NCBI GenBank assembly: GCA_046757025.1
Contig: JBHHXN010000004.1
Coordinates: 28,702 to 92,701, forward strand
Reading direction: 5' to 3'
Length of the DNA stretch: 64,000 nucleotides
Source of the DNA: a bacterium
GTDB taxonomy: Bacteria; Zhuqueibacterota; Zhuqueibacteria; Oceanimicrobiales; Oceanimicrobiaceae
This document shows, piece by piece, positions 20,853 through 30,011 of this stretch. Numbering within the stretch: the first letter of the stretch is position 1; each line of letters begins with the position of its first letter. The translations under genes and the position numbers were made by a program. The notes beneath the pieces are model-generated. The model did not search any database and was not told where the DNA came from. It saw only the letters and a list, made by a program, of their open reading frames with translations.

Positions 20853-21881
20853 TCAGGAAGCATCCTGCTGCACGGTGATTTCCGCCGCTTCCTCTAAAAC
20901 CTGCCGGTCTTTTACTTCCTCGGAAGTCGGGTCGGGAATGGTCTGCTTTGAACGCCACTGATCCAGGTAGCTCATCTGATGCACACAACTCACGGTGCAA
21001 TAGGTGCTGCAATTTTTATGGGTACGGTATTCCCGCTTGATGTCTTCCATCGTGTATTCATTAACAGGAATGGCAGGGTAACCGCGCTGCTGCGAACACC
21101 AATGCACCTGTCCGAATTCACAAATATAGAGATAGCGAGCCCCTGCCCGGCATTTCCACCGATTGATTTTGCCTTCGATGAGTTTTTTTTGAAAAACATG
21201 ATAATTGACAAAATGCACAAACGATCTGGAAAGCTTGCCAATTTCATCATACACTTCACGCTGTGTTTTGCTCAGCGGCTTTAAGATGCCGTTTTCATCA
21301 TGCAGCAAACCGACGGTGCTGGAAAAACCGTAACCCTTGGCGCGCTTGGCGATGATGACCGCGTCCTGAGTTCGGTCCTCGCTCACCCCCATCACGGAAT
21401 TGATGTTGACTTTAAACCGGGCATGTCGCGCCAACAATTGCAGTTTTTTATCCAGCACTTTTAAGCTTTTATGGGAAACGTCGTCCGGTTCGATATTGTC
21501 GATGCTGATTTGCAGCTCCTGCAAACCAGCTTGGTTAAGCCGCTCAATGCGTTCTTTGGTGAGCAGATAACCGTTGGTGATCAAGGTCACAACCATGCCG
21601 TGCTTCCGAACATGCTCAATGATGATCTCCAGGTCGGGGTGCAATAACGGCTCTCCTCCCGTGCAGGTGACCACCGAAGTTTTTAGCCGGGCTAATGCTT
21701 CGATGCGCCGCTTCATCATGTCAAGTGGAATGGGCTCCGACACTTTATCATACTCGTTGCAATAAGTACAACTTAAGTTACAGCGACGCGTTACCACAAG
21801 GTGAGCTAAAAGAGGGTGAGACGTTGAAACCGTAGCACGACAGAGGAATTTTAGGAAGATCAGTAGCTCACGAATTTTCAT
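20853..21881 (-). CDS. Radical SAM protein with Cys-rich C-terminal extension, paralog 1
   Basis: CNLSCTYC, GGEPLLHP, CRAG..C..CSTYCTVSC. Confidence 0.9.
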   Translation of the reverse strand: MKIRELLIFLKFLCRATVSTSHPLLAHLVVTRRCNLSCTYCNEYDKVSEPIPLDMMKRRIEALARLKTSVVTCTGGEPLLHPDLEIIIEHVRKHGMVVTLITNGYLLTKERIERLNQAGLQELQISIDNIEPDDVSHKSLKVLDKKLQLLARHARFKVNINSVMGVSEDRTQDAVIIAKRAKGYGFSSTVGLLHDENGILKPLSKTQREVYDEIGKLSRSFVHFVNYHVFQKKLIEGKINRWKCRAGARYLYICEFGQVHWCSQQRGYPAIPVNEYTMEDIKREYRTHKNCSTYCTVSCVHQMSYLDQWRSKQTIPDPTSEEVKDRQVLEEAAEITVQQDAS

Positions 21882-21889
21882 GAATTTCT

Positions 21890-23488
21890 CTATGAAGTGA
21901 ATTTCTGTTTTTTCACATATATTGAACCTTCTAATGCAGCGCCGTTATTCCGAGAAGTCAATAAACTTTTTATCGGGTTAAAAACAGAAATTTTGTTTTC
22001 TTGTGAAAGCATGGTCAGGGCTGATACAAAAATACACACGCTGATAAAAAAAACCACGCTCATCAACAGCCAATAAAAAAAGGTGATATTTCCCGACAAC
22101 ATGAGCAAAGCAGCGATGAATGAAAACAAATCTCTTCGACCGAAACCGTGCACCAGTCCAAAGAGCTTTAAATACCAAACTTTGTTTTTAGAATTTTTAA
22201 AAGCCGAAATTTCTTTATCAAAGGTTCTCATACTGCGTGAACCTTTTCTGCGCACGTAGAGCATGCCGTATTTTAACGCGACGATCAAAAAGGCAATATT
22301 TATCACTGCCGCCACAAATACGATAAAATTTTGACTGGCGTTATAAGCACCAACCGTAACCCCGATGATAAATGCGATGTAAGACATTTGATCGGTGATG
22401 GTATCCACCAGCGCGCCGGAGTTGGAATTCTTCAATTTGATCTTGGCCACTTCGCCATCGCAGCCGTCTAAAATCGACACCAGTTGAAACAGGATGCCGG
22501 CCACAATGGTGGTGACGACTTCCCCAAACGAAACCAGATACGCGATGAAAATCGTAAACAACAAGTTAAAAATAGAAATTTGATTCGGAGTAATCGGAGT
22601 TCGGATCAACCATTTGGTTATGTGATTCGAGATTTTGCGGTTGATGGATTTCGCAATGATTCCATCACTTTTGGAGCGGGTGGAATGCAGCAATATTTTT
22701 TCCGCGTGCCGGACATCCGGAATCGTGTCCACATCCTGCCAGTAGGAGTTTTCGATGTTGAACGTCCTCATGCGGTTGATCTGAGACAGCACGCGAATGC
22801 CTCCCGAAAGCGTGTAATCGCCGTTGGCCTGACTCTGGCGCAAGGCGTCAAATAAATGCGGGGTACAGACGAAGATTCCCACATCGATGGCGTTGAAATC
22901 CGTGAGGCTTTTACCCAAATTGATGAGACGATTGTTCTCCGTCCGAACTTTGGTGGCGTCATCGAGATTGGGTACTCTATTCAACGCATAGTCCACACAT
23001 AAAAGCCCCTGATCGTTGCCCAGGTCGATGTCCACCAGTTTGCTCAAAATGTTGGGATCGAAGACGTGATCAGACATAAACAGAAAAAATTTACCTTCGA
23101 CGTATCGTTCTGCTTTTAACACGGAAATGCCATTAGGATTGCGCCAATCGAGATTGCGCACCCAGGTTATCTTAACCCCCAGTTTGTCAGCTTTGATGGT
23201 TTGGCGAATCCGCGCAGCCTGATACCCCAAAACGATGACAAATTCTTTCACCCCAGCCTTTTTTGCAGACAGAATCACCCGTTGCAGCAAAGGCATGCCC
23301 CCGACTTTGACTAATGGTTTGGGGCAGTTATTTTGATAACCGTGTAACCGGCTGCCGTTACCCGCTGCGATGATCACAGCTTTGGTGATGGATTCTTGTT
23401 TTTCTAAAAGTTCTGCGTTGGTGGAAGAGGAATTTACATCAGGTAGATAAGTAGAACAAGACGTATCATTTCGTAAATTGAATTGCAT
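21890..23488 (-). CDS. Bifunctional NTP-transferase / CDP-alcohol phosphotransferase (IPCT-DIPPS-like)
   Basis: AVIIAAGNGSRL..PKPL nucleotidyltransferase domain; ITPNQIS and DGCDGEVAK..GALVDTITD CDP-alcohol phosphotransferase signature. Confidence 0.88.
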   Translation of the reverse strand: MQFNLRNDTSCSTYLPDVNSSSTNAELLEKQESITKAVIIAAGNGSRLHGYQNNCPKPLVKVGGMPLLQRVILSAKKAGVKEFVIVLGYQAARIRQTIKADKLGVKITWVRNLDWRNPNGISVLKAERYVEGKFFLFMSDHVFDPNILSKLVDIDLGNDQGLLCVDYALNRVPNLDDATKVRTENNRLINLGKSLTDFNAIDVGIFVCTPHLFDALRQSQANGDYTLSGGIRVLSQINRMRTFNIENSYWQDVDTIPDVRHAEKILLHSTRSKSDGIIAKSINRKISNHITKWLIRTPITPNQISIFNLLFTIFIAYLVSFGEVVTTIVAGILFQLVSILDGCDGEVAKIKLKNSNSGALVDTITDQMSYIAFIIGVTVGAYNASQNFIVFVAAVINIAFLIVALKYGMLYVRRKGSRSMRTFDKEISAFKNSKNKVWYLKLFGLVHGFGRRDLFSFIAALLMLSGNITFFYWLLMSVVFFISVCIFVSALTMLSQENKISVFNPIKSLLTSRNNGAALEGSIYVKKQKFTS

Positions 23489-23619
23489 TTTTCCTCCGCT
23501 CCGGTAATTGACAAAAATTTAAAAAGTTCAATCATTTAAGCCGAAAACTCAAATGATTTTTTTCCCTCTAATGCTCCAGGTACTTGGGATAAAATCTATA
23601 TTTCCAAATACAAGGCGTA

Positions 23620-23648
23620 AATATACAAAAACTTTTACAGTATGTCAA
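23620..23648 (-). promoter_or_regulatory. Sigma-70-type promoter upstream of the IPCT/radical SAM genes
   Basis: TTGACA (23648-23643)-N17-TATATT (23625-23620). Confidence 0.65.
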
Positions 23649-23843
23649 GAAATCTTTAAAATATACATCAAAAAGTAAACGACCGCAAATACAAGAAGTT
23701 TCACCGATTTTTAAGTTAACATCGGCCTTCATTTTCAGGCTGATTTTCAATCAAAATGTTCAATTGGTGAGCCATTTAAAGCGCCCGATTCCCGTGAAAA
23801 TGATCGGATTGAGCCGTAGTCAATTGAAACCAGAATTAACATC

Positions 23844-25190
23844 TTACTGTCGATTGACCTTCCACCAATCACCGCTTCGAATCAACAAAGCACGGGCGTA
23901 CTCCACGTGCGACCACATCAAAGGCGTGGCGAATTGAATGTAGCCGCCTTCGGGACTGGCTGCGTTCACAAACATGCACTTCTCACCGGTTTCACCGTAG
24001 GCACGAGCCATGTTGTTGGTTTCCTCTAATATTTTATCAAATTGCACATTTTCCAGCAAAATTGGCTCATGGAATTCTTTCTGGAAATCGACGCCCGTTT
24101 GCCATTCATTTTTCCTGAATTCCTCAAATCGCTTGCAGGTGGAGAGATGCTCAGGAATTTCACCCTGATCATTTTTATGAACGTCGATCAGTTGCAGCAG
24201 CTCATCCCCGCGTTTGAGGTTTCCCGACCAGTAGTGGTACTGAGCCAGGATGGCCGTATATTGCAGCCAGGGACCGTTGCCGGCATGCACGTGGGTAGCA
24301 AAATCCTTGCTGAAGGGAAGATAGCGCATGATCATGCCCAGCTCGGGATCCCACAACTGTTTTTCTAAGAAACTGACGCTCTTATTTAAAGCAGATCCAT
24401 AATGACAAAAGCCAAAATAAAAGGGACTCAGGAGGGTGAAATCCGGCCTCATGTCGATATTTCCCTGCGGATCGATGCGGCGAACATATCTTTCACCGTA
24501 CAGGAACAATTCACTCACAGAGTAGAGAAAATGCTTTCGAAAACGCAGGTGTGAATCAGAGATGAGGTTCTTTTCGTCCAACAGATTCGCCACTTCCTCT
24601 GCTAAGGAAAAGGCATACAAAAAAGCAAAATTGACCCAGCAGGTAAAGCCCTCTTCCAGCGCCGATTCATGGATGGAGGTGGTGGAATGAAACAGATTCA
24701 GCTCTTTCTGGTAAAAACGCTCGATAGCATACACCAGCGCCTGGTCGATTTTATAGAGCAGTTCTTCCAGCTCCGGAATAGCCTTCTTCAGGCGATGGCA
24801 AGCCAACAAATAATTGCAAATGATGGCAATGCCGTGCGCCAGGTTATCCTCCTGTTTGTAAATGCTTTTATCGCAACCGTCCAGGCCATAACGCTGACCC
24901 CAGTAACCGGAATCGGACAGGACATCTTTAATAAAATACGCCATGGAGCGCATGAGATCAAAGGCTTGCCCGGCCACATCATATCCGACCACTGAACCAG
25001 CTAATCGACGAAAAAGCTGCACAGCACAGTTACAGTCACGCGGATAAACATAAGGGTAGCGGGACTCCGGCGGGGAAGCCAATAGCAATCGCCCGTATTT
25101 TTCCGAAGAAATGGTACATTTTAGGATGATGTCCATTTGCTGAGTGAGCTGTTCGTTCAGCTTGATGGATTCTTTTTCTTTTACAGACAT
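23844..25190 (-). CDS. GH15-like (alpha/alpha)6 glycoside hydrolase
   Basis: 'YPYVYPRD', 'GEIPEH' and 'PLMWSHVEY' resemble GH15 motifs; start 25190 or 25247. Confidence 0.6.
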   Translation of the reverse strand: MSVKEKESIKLNEQLTQQMDIILKCTISSEKYGRLLLASPPESRYPYVYPRDCNCAVQLFRRLAGSVVGYDVAGQAFDLMRSMAYFIKDVLSDSGYWGQRYGLDGCDKSIYKQEDNLAHGIAIICNYLLACHRLKKAIPELEELLYKIDQALVYAIERFYQKELNLFHSTTSIHESALEEGFTCWVNFAFLYAFSLAEEVANLLDEKNLISDSHLRFRKHFLYSVSELFLYGERYVRRIDPQGNIDMRPDFTLLSPFYFGFCHYGSALNKSVSFLEKQLWDPELGMIMRYLPFSKDFATHVHAGNGPWLQYTAILAQYHYWSGNLKRGDELLQLIDVHKNDQGEIPEHLSTCKRFEEFRKNEWQTGVDFQKEFHEPILLENVQFDKILEETNNMARAYGETGEKCMFVNAASPEGGYIQFATPLMWSHVEYARALLIRSGDWWKVNRQ

Positions 25191-25320
25191 AGCAAAGGGT
25201 TTCCGTATTTTATCTTCATGAGTTAATACAGCAGCCCATAAGTTCATTCTTCATGCATGGCCGGTCTCGCGCTTCGCCCCCCCCGTTACAGGACATCTCA
25301 GGGAAATAAAAATGGCGCCT

Positions 25321-26922
25321 TTAAAGATAGTCGTTTCGAAACACCGCCTTAACAACCGCCGGCAGGCTGCGGAGACGTTTCCACAAGCCATGGCCGTGCA
25401 GAAAATCCGTGAACACTTTAAATCGATTCACCGCGTTTTCACTATAGTTAAACCACCAGATATCGTTGTTGACAAGTCTGCGGGCAAACAACGACAGAAA
25501 TCTCCGCAGCAGGGGGCGGTCGGTGTTGATAAATTTCGGCTGCATCACTTCCATGACTCCCCAGGGACCGTGAGTGACGCCGAGGCCGCTGTTTTTGTGG
25601 CCGTTGTAGGGCGCTTCCATCTGTGCGATGTGAATGAGCAGATCGTTAATCATGACGCTGCCGGCCTGGAGCTTTTCAGCCAACGCCAGACCGCGTTTAC
25701 GGTTTTGTGTCCAGATGCTGGCAGCGAGACCGTACTCCGTACCGTTAGCCAGGGTCACCGCTTCTTCTTCCGTCGAAAAAGGCGTGACGGTGAGCAAAGG
25801 TCCGAAAATTTCCTCCTGCATCACGTCCATAGAGCGGTCCACGTTGGTTAAAATTGTCGGTTCAAAAAACCACGCTCCGAGCTCCTGGCGCGGCTTGCCG
25901 CCGGCGACAACCGAGGCGCCCTTTTGCCGGGCATTCTCCGCCAAACGCCGCACCTTTTCAAACTGGGCTTCGTTGATCAAACAAGAAATATCGCCAGTAC
26001 CGTTCTTCGAATTGAGACGGATTTTGCCGGCTTTTTCTACCAACATCCGCACAAAAGTCTCATAAATCGCTTCCTGCACGTAGAGCCGTTCCACAGAAAG
26101 ACAGGCCTGTCCGGCGTTACAAAAGGCGCCCCATAAGGCACCGTTCACCGCTCGTTCGACCGGGGCATCCTCCAAAACGATCATGCAATCGTTGCCGCCC
26201 AGCTCCATGCTGACCGGCACCAGATTTTTGGCGGCCGATTGGTAGATCTTTTTCCCTACGGCGGTACTGCCCGTAAAAATGATCTTGTCCACTTTGGAAT
26301 TGACCAGAGCTTGTCCCACATCGCCCAGGCCGGTGACGATTTCCAGCACCCCCTTGGGCAGGTAGGCACGATCGAATATTTCTCGAATATTCAAACCGGT
26401 TAAAGTCGTCTGCTCCGACGGCTTGTGGATAACCACGTTGCCGGCCAGAATCGCCGGCACGATATGCTGCATGGCCAGAAGAAACGGATAATTCCAGGGT
26501 GAAATCACCAGAATCACACCCAGAGGCTCGTAGCGCACAAAGCCTTTTCGAAGTTTAAATATGGGGTTGCCCGATCGAATCGGTTGATCCCGAATTATTT
26601 TTGGAGTATTTTTTAAATAATATTTGAAGCAATCCAGCACCGGTAGTATTTCACTGGAATAGGCCTCTGCCAACGGTTTGCCGGTCTCTGCAGAGATAAT
26701 TTGGGCGACCTCATCCTGATAAAAATAAAATTGCCGATAGGCCTTTTTCCCCAGCTCGAGCCGGGTTTTCAAACTCAAATTGCTCCAGTTTTCTGAAGCG
26801 GTCTGCACTTTTTGAATGATGGCTGGTATTTCATCAATCGGAGTACTGGCGAATTCCCCGATGGCTTCTCCATTGCGGGGATTGATGGACTGCAGCGCGT
26901 CCGATTTGATTTTTAAGGTCAT
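25321..26922 (-). CDS. Aldehyde dehydrogenase family protein
   Basis: PWNYPF, KPSE, FTGS, MELGG, NAGQAC, EEIFGP. Confidence 0.95.
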   Translation of the reverse strand: MTLKIKSDALQSINPRNGEAIGEFASTPIDEIPAIIQKVQTASENWSNLSLKTRLELGKKAYRQFYFYQDEVAQIISAETGKPLAEAYSSEILPVLDCFKYYLKNTPKIIRDQPIRSGNPIFKLRKGFVRYEPLGVILVISPWNYPFLLAMQHIVPAILAGNVVIHKPSEQTTLTGLNIREIFDRAYLPKGVLEIVTGLGDVGQALVNSKVDKIIFTGSTAVGKKIYQSAAKNLVPVSMELGGNDCMIVLEDAPVERAVNGALWGAFCNAGQACLSVERLYVQEAIYETFVRMLVEKAGKIRLNSKNGTGDISCLINEAQFEKVRRLAENARQKGASVVAGGKPRQELGAWFFEPTILTNVDRSMDVMQEEIFGPLLTVTPFSTEEEAVTLANGTEYGLAASIWTQNRKRGLALAEKLQAGSVMINDLLIHIAQMEAPYNGHKNSGLGVTHGPWGVMEVMQPKFINTDRPLLRRFLSLFARRLVNNDIWWFNYSENAVNRFKVFTDFLHGHGLWKRLRSLPAVVKAVFRNDYL

Positions 26923-27073
26923 TGGAATCTTTCCTGTGCTTATTTTTTTAAAACTTAGCAGAGCGATTTAGCGTAACATTGGTTCAGGTGTTTAGAATCG
27001 AGGGTGTGCACGCTTCCCAGTCTGTGTGAAAAGTCGATACTGACTAAAAACTCATTCGCAAAATAGGCCGCCT

Positions 27074-27304
27074 TCAGCTCAAATTCAAAAAGGTGTGCAT
27101 TTCTTTGTCCAGGAATTTACTGTGTTCATCGTTCAAAGGGTCGAGCCGATATTCATTCATCAACATTAATTGTTGACTCATCCAGGCGCTCCAGCAGTCT
27201 TGACAGGTGGCGGCCAGAACCTTTTGTCCCAGCTCATTTTTGTAAGGAGCTTCTTCCAAAGCCAGGCTATCGTTCCCGCAACGGGCACATTTTACTACGG
27301 CCAT
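27074..27304 (-). CDS. yggX: Fe(II)-trafficking / oxidative damage protection protein YggX
   Basis: 'LGQKV..CQDCWSAW..QLMLMNEYRLD'; GGAGG RBS. Confidence 0.85.
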   Translation of the reverse strand: MAVVKCARCGNDSLALEEAPYKNELGQKVLAATCQDCWSAWMSQQLMLMNEYRLDPLNDEHSKFLDKEMHTFLNLS

Positions 27305-27364
27305 TTTTACCTCCTGAATTGGATTAGTTGGAATTAATCATTACAAACACCACAGCAGCGCGTT

Positions 27365-28744
27365 TTAATCCAGCATTTCAGAAACGCGCACAAGCTGATA
27401 CCCGTGCTCTCGCAGGCCATCGATGATTTTGGGCAGCATTTTGTGGGGAAAGTCGTGCTTACGCATGCTGCCTAAATGCATGATGACGATGGCCCCGTTG
27501 GCGCCGCTGCTTTTTCCGTTGCCGAAATTCAACACCTTCTCATAAATCTCTTCGGCGCTGCGGTACGCTGTGGAAGTCGTGTCCGAAACCCAATCCAGAG
27601 TATCCATGTTATTTTCCCAGTCGTGCCCGATGGTCCAGCCGATGTGACGGTACCCCAATTCCGCAGCCCACTCGCGAATCTCCCGATTGTGCTCCCCGTA
27701 CGGCGCCCGCCACAGTCGATGAATGGTGGTACCGGTACAAGCCTGAAACGCCAGCGCAGTCTCATTGAGTTGCTTTTGCACAAATTCCCGAGTAACATCG
27801 GAGCGGGTCACATGTACTTTTTTATCGACAAATTCCGTGAGATGTGGATGGTTCCAGGTGTGGTTGCCGATGTCATGTCCTTCTGCCACCATTCTGCGCA
27901 CCAGATCAGCATGCTTGCGAATGTAGGTGCCGGACAGAAACATGGTGCACTTAACCTGTTTATCTTTTAAAATATCTAAAATTTCTTCACTGACATTGGC
28001 GAGATAGCCTCCGTCAAAAGTCAACGCGATTTTTGACTCCTCCCGATTCCCTCGCGTGAAATTTTTAGCCAGATAACTTACAGTTGGATTGCGATATTTA
28101 ATGTGAATGGTTTGCAACGAAACCACTTTCCCATCTTCGGTCATGGCTTTCACAGTAAACACATTTTCGCCGCGTTTGGCTGTAATATCAGCAAATTCAA
28201 ATTGGCCATTGTGCGGCAATGTCACCGCTTTAATTTGTTCATCCACCACCAGACAGATCATCTGGTTTTCCGGTGCTTCGCCCACAATATCTATGCGATT
28301 GGACAACACCAGGGCGCCATCCTCTGGTTGGGCAATGGCAAGGGACGGCAAGGATTCAGCTAAAGGACGGGCGCTTTCAGAAGACACTTTTAATTCCTGC
28401 AATTTGAGCTCCATAACCCCGAGCTTTTGTCGAATATCCAGAACCAGCCAGATCGCAACAGCGAGTACCACTAATGGTAGAAGATTGAACAGATATTTCA
28501 AAAAAGAGGATTTCCAAATATTTTTAAGATCACGATAAATATACAAAGGCAATTGCAAAGGATTTTTTAGCCATTTTAAAAATCCGGTTACCAGGCTGAT
28601 GTTTCGATATCTTTTATAACATTTGATGCTGCAAAAATAGTGGTGATCGGCTAAAATCTGACAATCGGTGCAAATAAACTTCAGGCAGTGAAAACATTTG
28701 CGTTTGGTGGTAACATGTGGGTGATTCGAACAAAAGTCTGCCAT
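27365..28744 (-). CDS. Membrane-anchored NodB polysaccharide deacetylase with N-terminal Cys/His zinc finger and Ig-like domain
   Basis: CSNH..CFHC..CTDC..HHYFC..C; TM helix; IALTFDGG, GNHTWNH, WRAPYG, IVIMH. Confidence 0.85.
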   Translation of the reverse strand: MADFCSNHPHVTTKRKCFHCLKFICTDCQILADHHYFCSIKCYKRYRNISLVTGFLKWLKNPLQLPLYIYRDLKNIWKSSFLKYLFNLLPLVVLAVAIWLVLDIRQKLGVMELKLQELKVSSESARPLAESLPSLAIAQPEDGALVLSNRIDIVGEAPENQMICLVVDEQIKAVTLPHNGQFEFADITAKRGENVFTVKAMTEDGKVVSLQTIHIKYRNPTVSYLAKNFTRGNREESKIALTFDGGYLANVSEEILDILKDKQVKCTMFLSGTYIRKHADLVRRMVAEGHDIGNHTWNHPHLTEFVDKKVHVTRSDVTREFVQKQLNETALAFQACTGTTIHRLWRAPYGEHNREIREWAAELGYRHIGWTIGHDWENNMDTLDWVSDTTSTAYRSAEEIYEKVLNFGNGKSSGANGAIVIMHLGSMRKHDFPHKMLPKIIDGLREHGYQLVRVSEMLD

Positions 28745-28780
28745 AAGAAATCAACATTAGACCTGATTTGAGTTGAGATG

Positions 28781-28809
28781 ATTTTAAAATAATTTCTGTT
28801 AAAAGTCAA
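28781..28809 (-). promoter_or_regulatory. Sigma-70-type promoter of the deacetylase gene
   Basis: TTGACT-N17-TAAAAT. Confidence 0.5.
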
Positions 28810-29161
28810 GCAAAATTTAGAACCGGCGGAAGGGAAGTTTGTTTGGTGTTTTAAGGATAATTCTGGGTGGAAAAGGCAGTCTAACTTTAAAAAAATATGG
28901 ATGTTTCAGTATGAAACAGTGTAGTATCGTATAACGCCGGTTTTTGCGAATTTAATTAATTTCTTTTTAAGGGAAAAATTATGAGAATGGGCTTAATTAC
29001 AATTATTTTATATTAGTTATGCCAAATACAAAAAACGATATTTTTCTTAATTTTAATGTGGCACAATAGTTGTTAAACAAAGCATTACTTAATTAAAAAT
29101 ATGACATTTAATTTTCAATGATATAATAAATAGAATTTCTCCATCCACCCCTCCTTTCCCT

Positions 29162-29191
29162 AAACGGCGGAGCATTAGTTCCGCCGTTTTT
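29162..29191. terminator. Probably bidirectional intrinsic terminator
   Basis: AAACGGCGGA-N8-TCCGCCGTTT-TT, next to the stop of 29198..29986. Confidence 0.75.
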
Positions 29192-29197
29192 GGTTTG

Positions 29198-29986
29198 TTA
29201 CCGCTCCAAAATTTTAATGCTGCCATTGGTCGTGTGCAGACTGAGATGTCCTCCGCCGCGATTTATGGAACCGCGCAATCTTCTTCTGCTGATTTCACCT
29301 CGCACCTTTATGGGAAAATCGGTGCGGATGCTGCCATTGGTGGTGCGGGCATCCACGAACGCGCTAAAAGCAGCGGGTAAGTAAACGCGGATGCTGCCGT
29401 TGGTGGTTTTGAACGTCATGTCTTCGCCCTGATCGAAATTCAGCAGCTCCACTTCGATGCCGCCATTGGTGGTTTTAGCCTGCACCGAACCTCTGGCTTT
29501 TGCGATTTCAATTCGGCCGTTGGTGGAATGCACTTCGATTTCACCAGTGACCTCGGCGATGCTTACCCGCCCATTCACCGTGCCAATTTCCAGATCCACT
29601 TTTTCTGGAACCAGCAAACGATACTCGACGCGGACCTGGGCGTTTTCTCCAAAAATGGCGCCCCAGAAGCCGTTCTGCCGTCTTGGAATATAGGTGTCGA
29701 TTCGGAGAAAGTCCATTTTTGAGTCGATCTCAATTTCAATCTCATCCATAATTTTTTCAGCGGTGCGGCGATCGTTGGCTCTAACAATTTTCTCTGCCCG
29801 GATGCGTACCTCGTCTCTATTCCACGATTCGATGATCACGTTGCCATTGGTATTGGAAAGTACAACTTTACTACCGCGCTGCAATTTAAACGTCTCATCT
29901 AAATGCTCGCGAATGGTGCCGGCGAAAAGCAGCGTCGCCAATCCCACAAGGATGAAAATGCTGTAGATAAAAATTCTCTTACGCAT
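29198..29986 (-). CDS. DUF4097 family beta-strand repeat protein
   Basis: Signal peptide; repeated T(T/V)NG(S/R)I motifs. Confidence 0.85.
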   Translation of the reverse strand: MRKRIFIYSIFILVGLATLLFAGTIREHLDETFKLQRGSKVVLSNTNGNVIIESWNRDEVRIRAEKIVRANDRRTAEKIMDEIEIEIDSKMDFLRIDTYIPRRQNGFWGAIFGENAQVRVEYRLLVPEKVDLEIGTVNGRVSIAEVTGEIEVHSTNGRIEIAKARGSVQAKTTNGGIEVELLNFDQGEDMTFKTTNGSIRVYLPAAFSAFVDARTTNGSIRTDFPIKVRGEISRRRLRGSINRGGGHLSLHTTNGSIKILER

Positions 29987-30011
29987 GGATTATCTCCCAA
30001 ATTCGATCAGA

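Noticed and set aside
6659..21881. Hopanoid (hpn) gene cluster
   Set aside because: MMPL and MlaC resemble HpnN and HpnM, but there is no squalene synthase or cyclase here and I cannot assign the radical SAM proteins to HpnH or HpnJ.
19469..21881. RiPP cluster matured by the radical SAM pair
   Set aside because: No precursor peptide, RRE domain or peptidase-transporter is evident; the context is lipid/glycan.
27074..27076. Selenocysteine read-through at other TGA stops (yggX, radical SAM 20853, rhodanese)
   Set aside because: These proteins look complete, with no Cys-equivalent context at the TGA.
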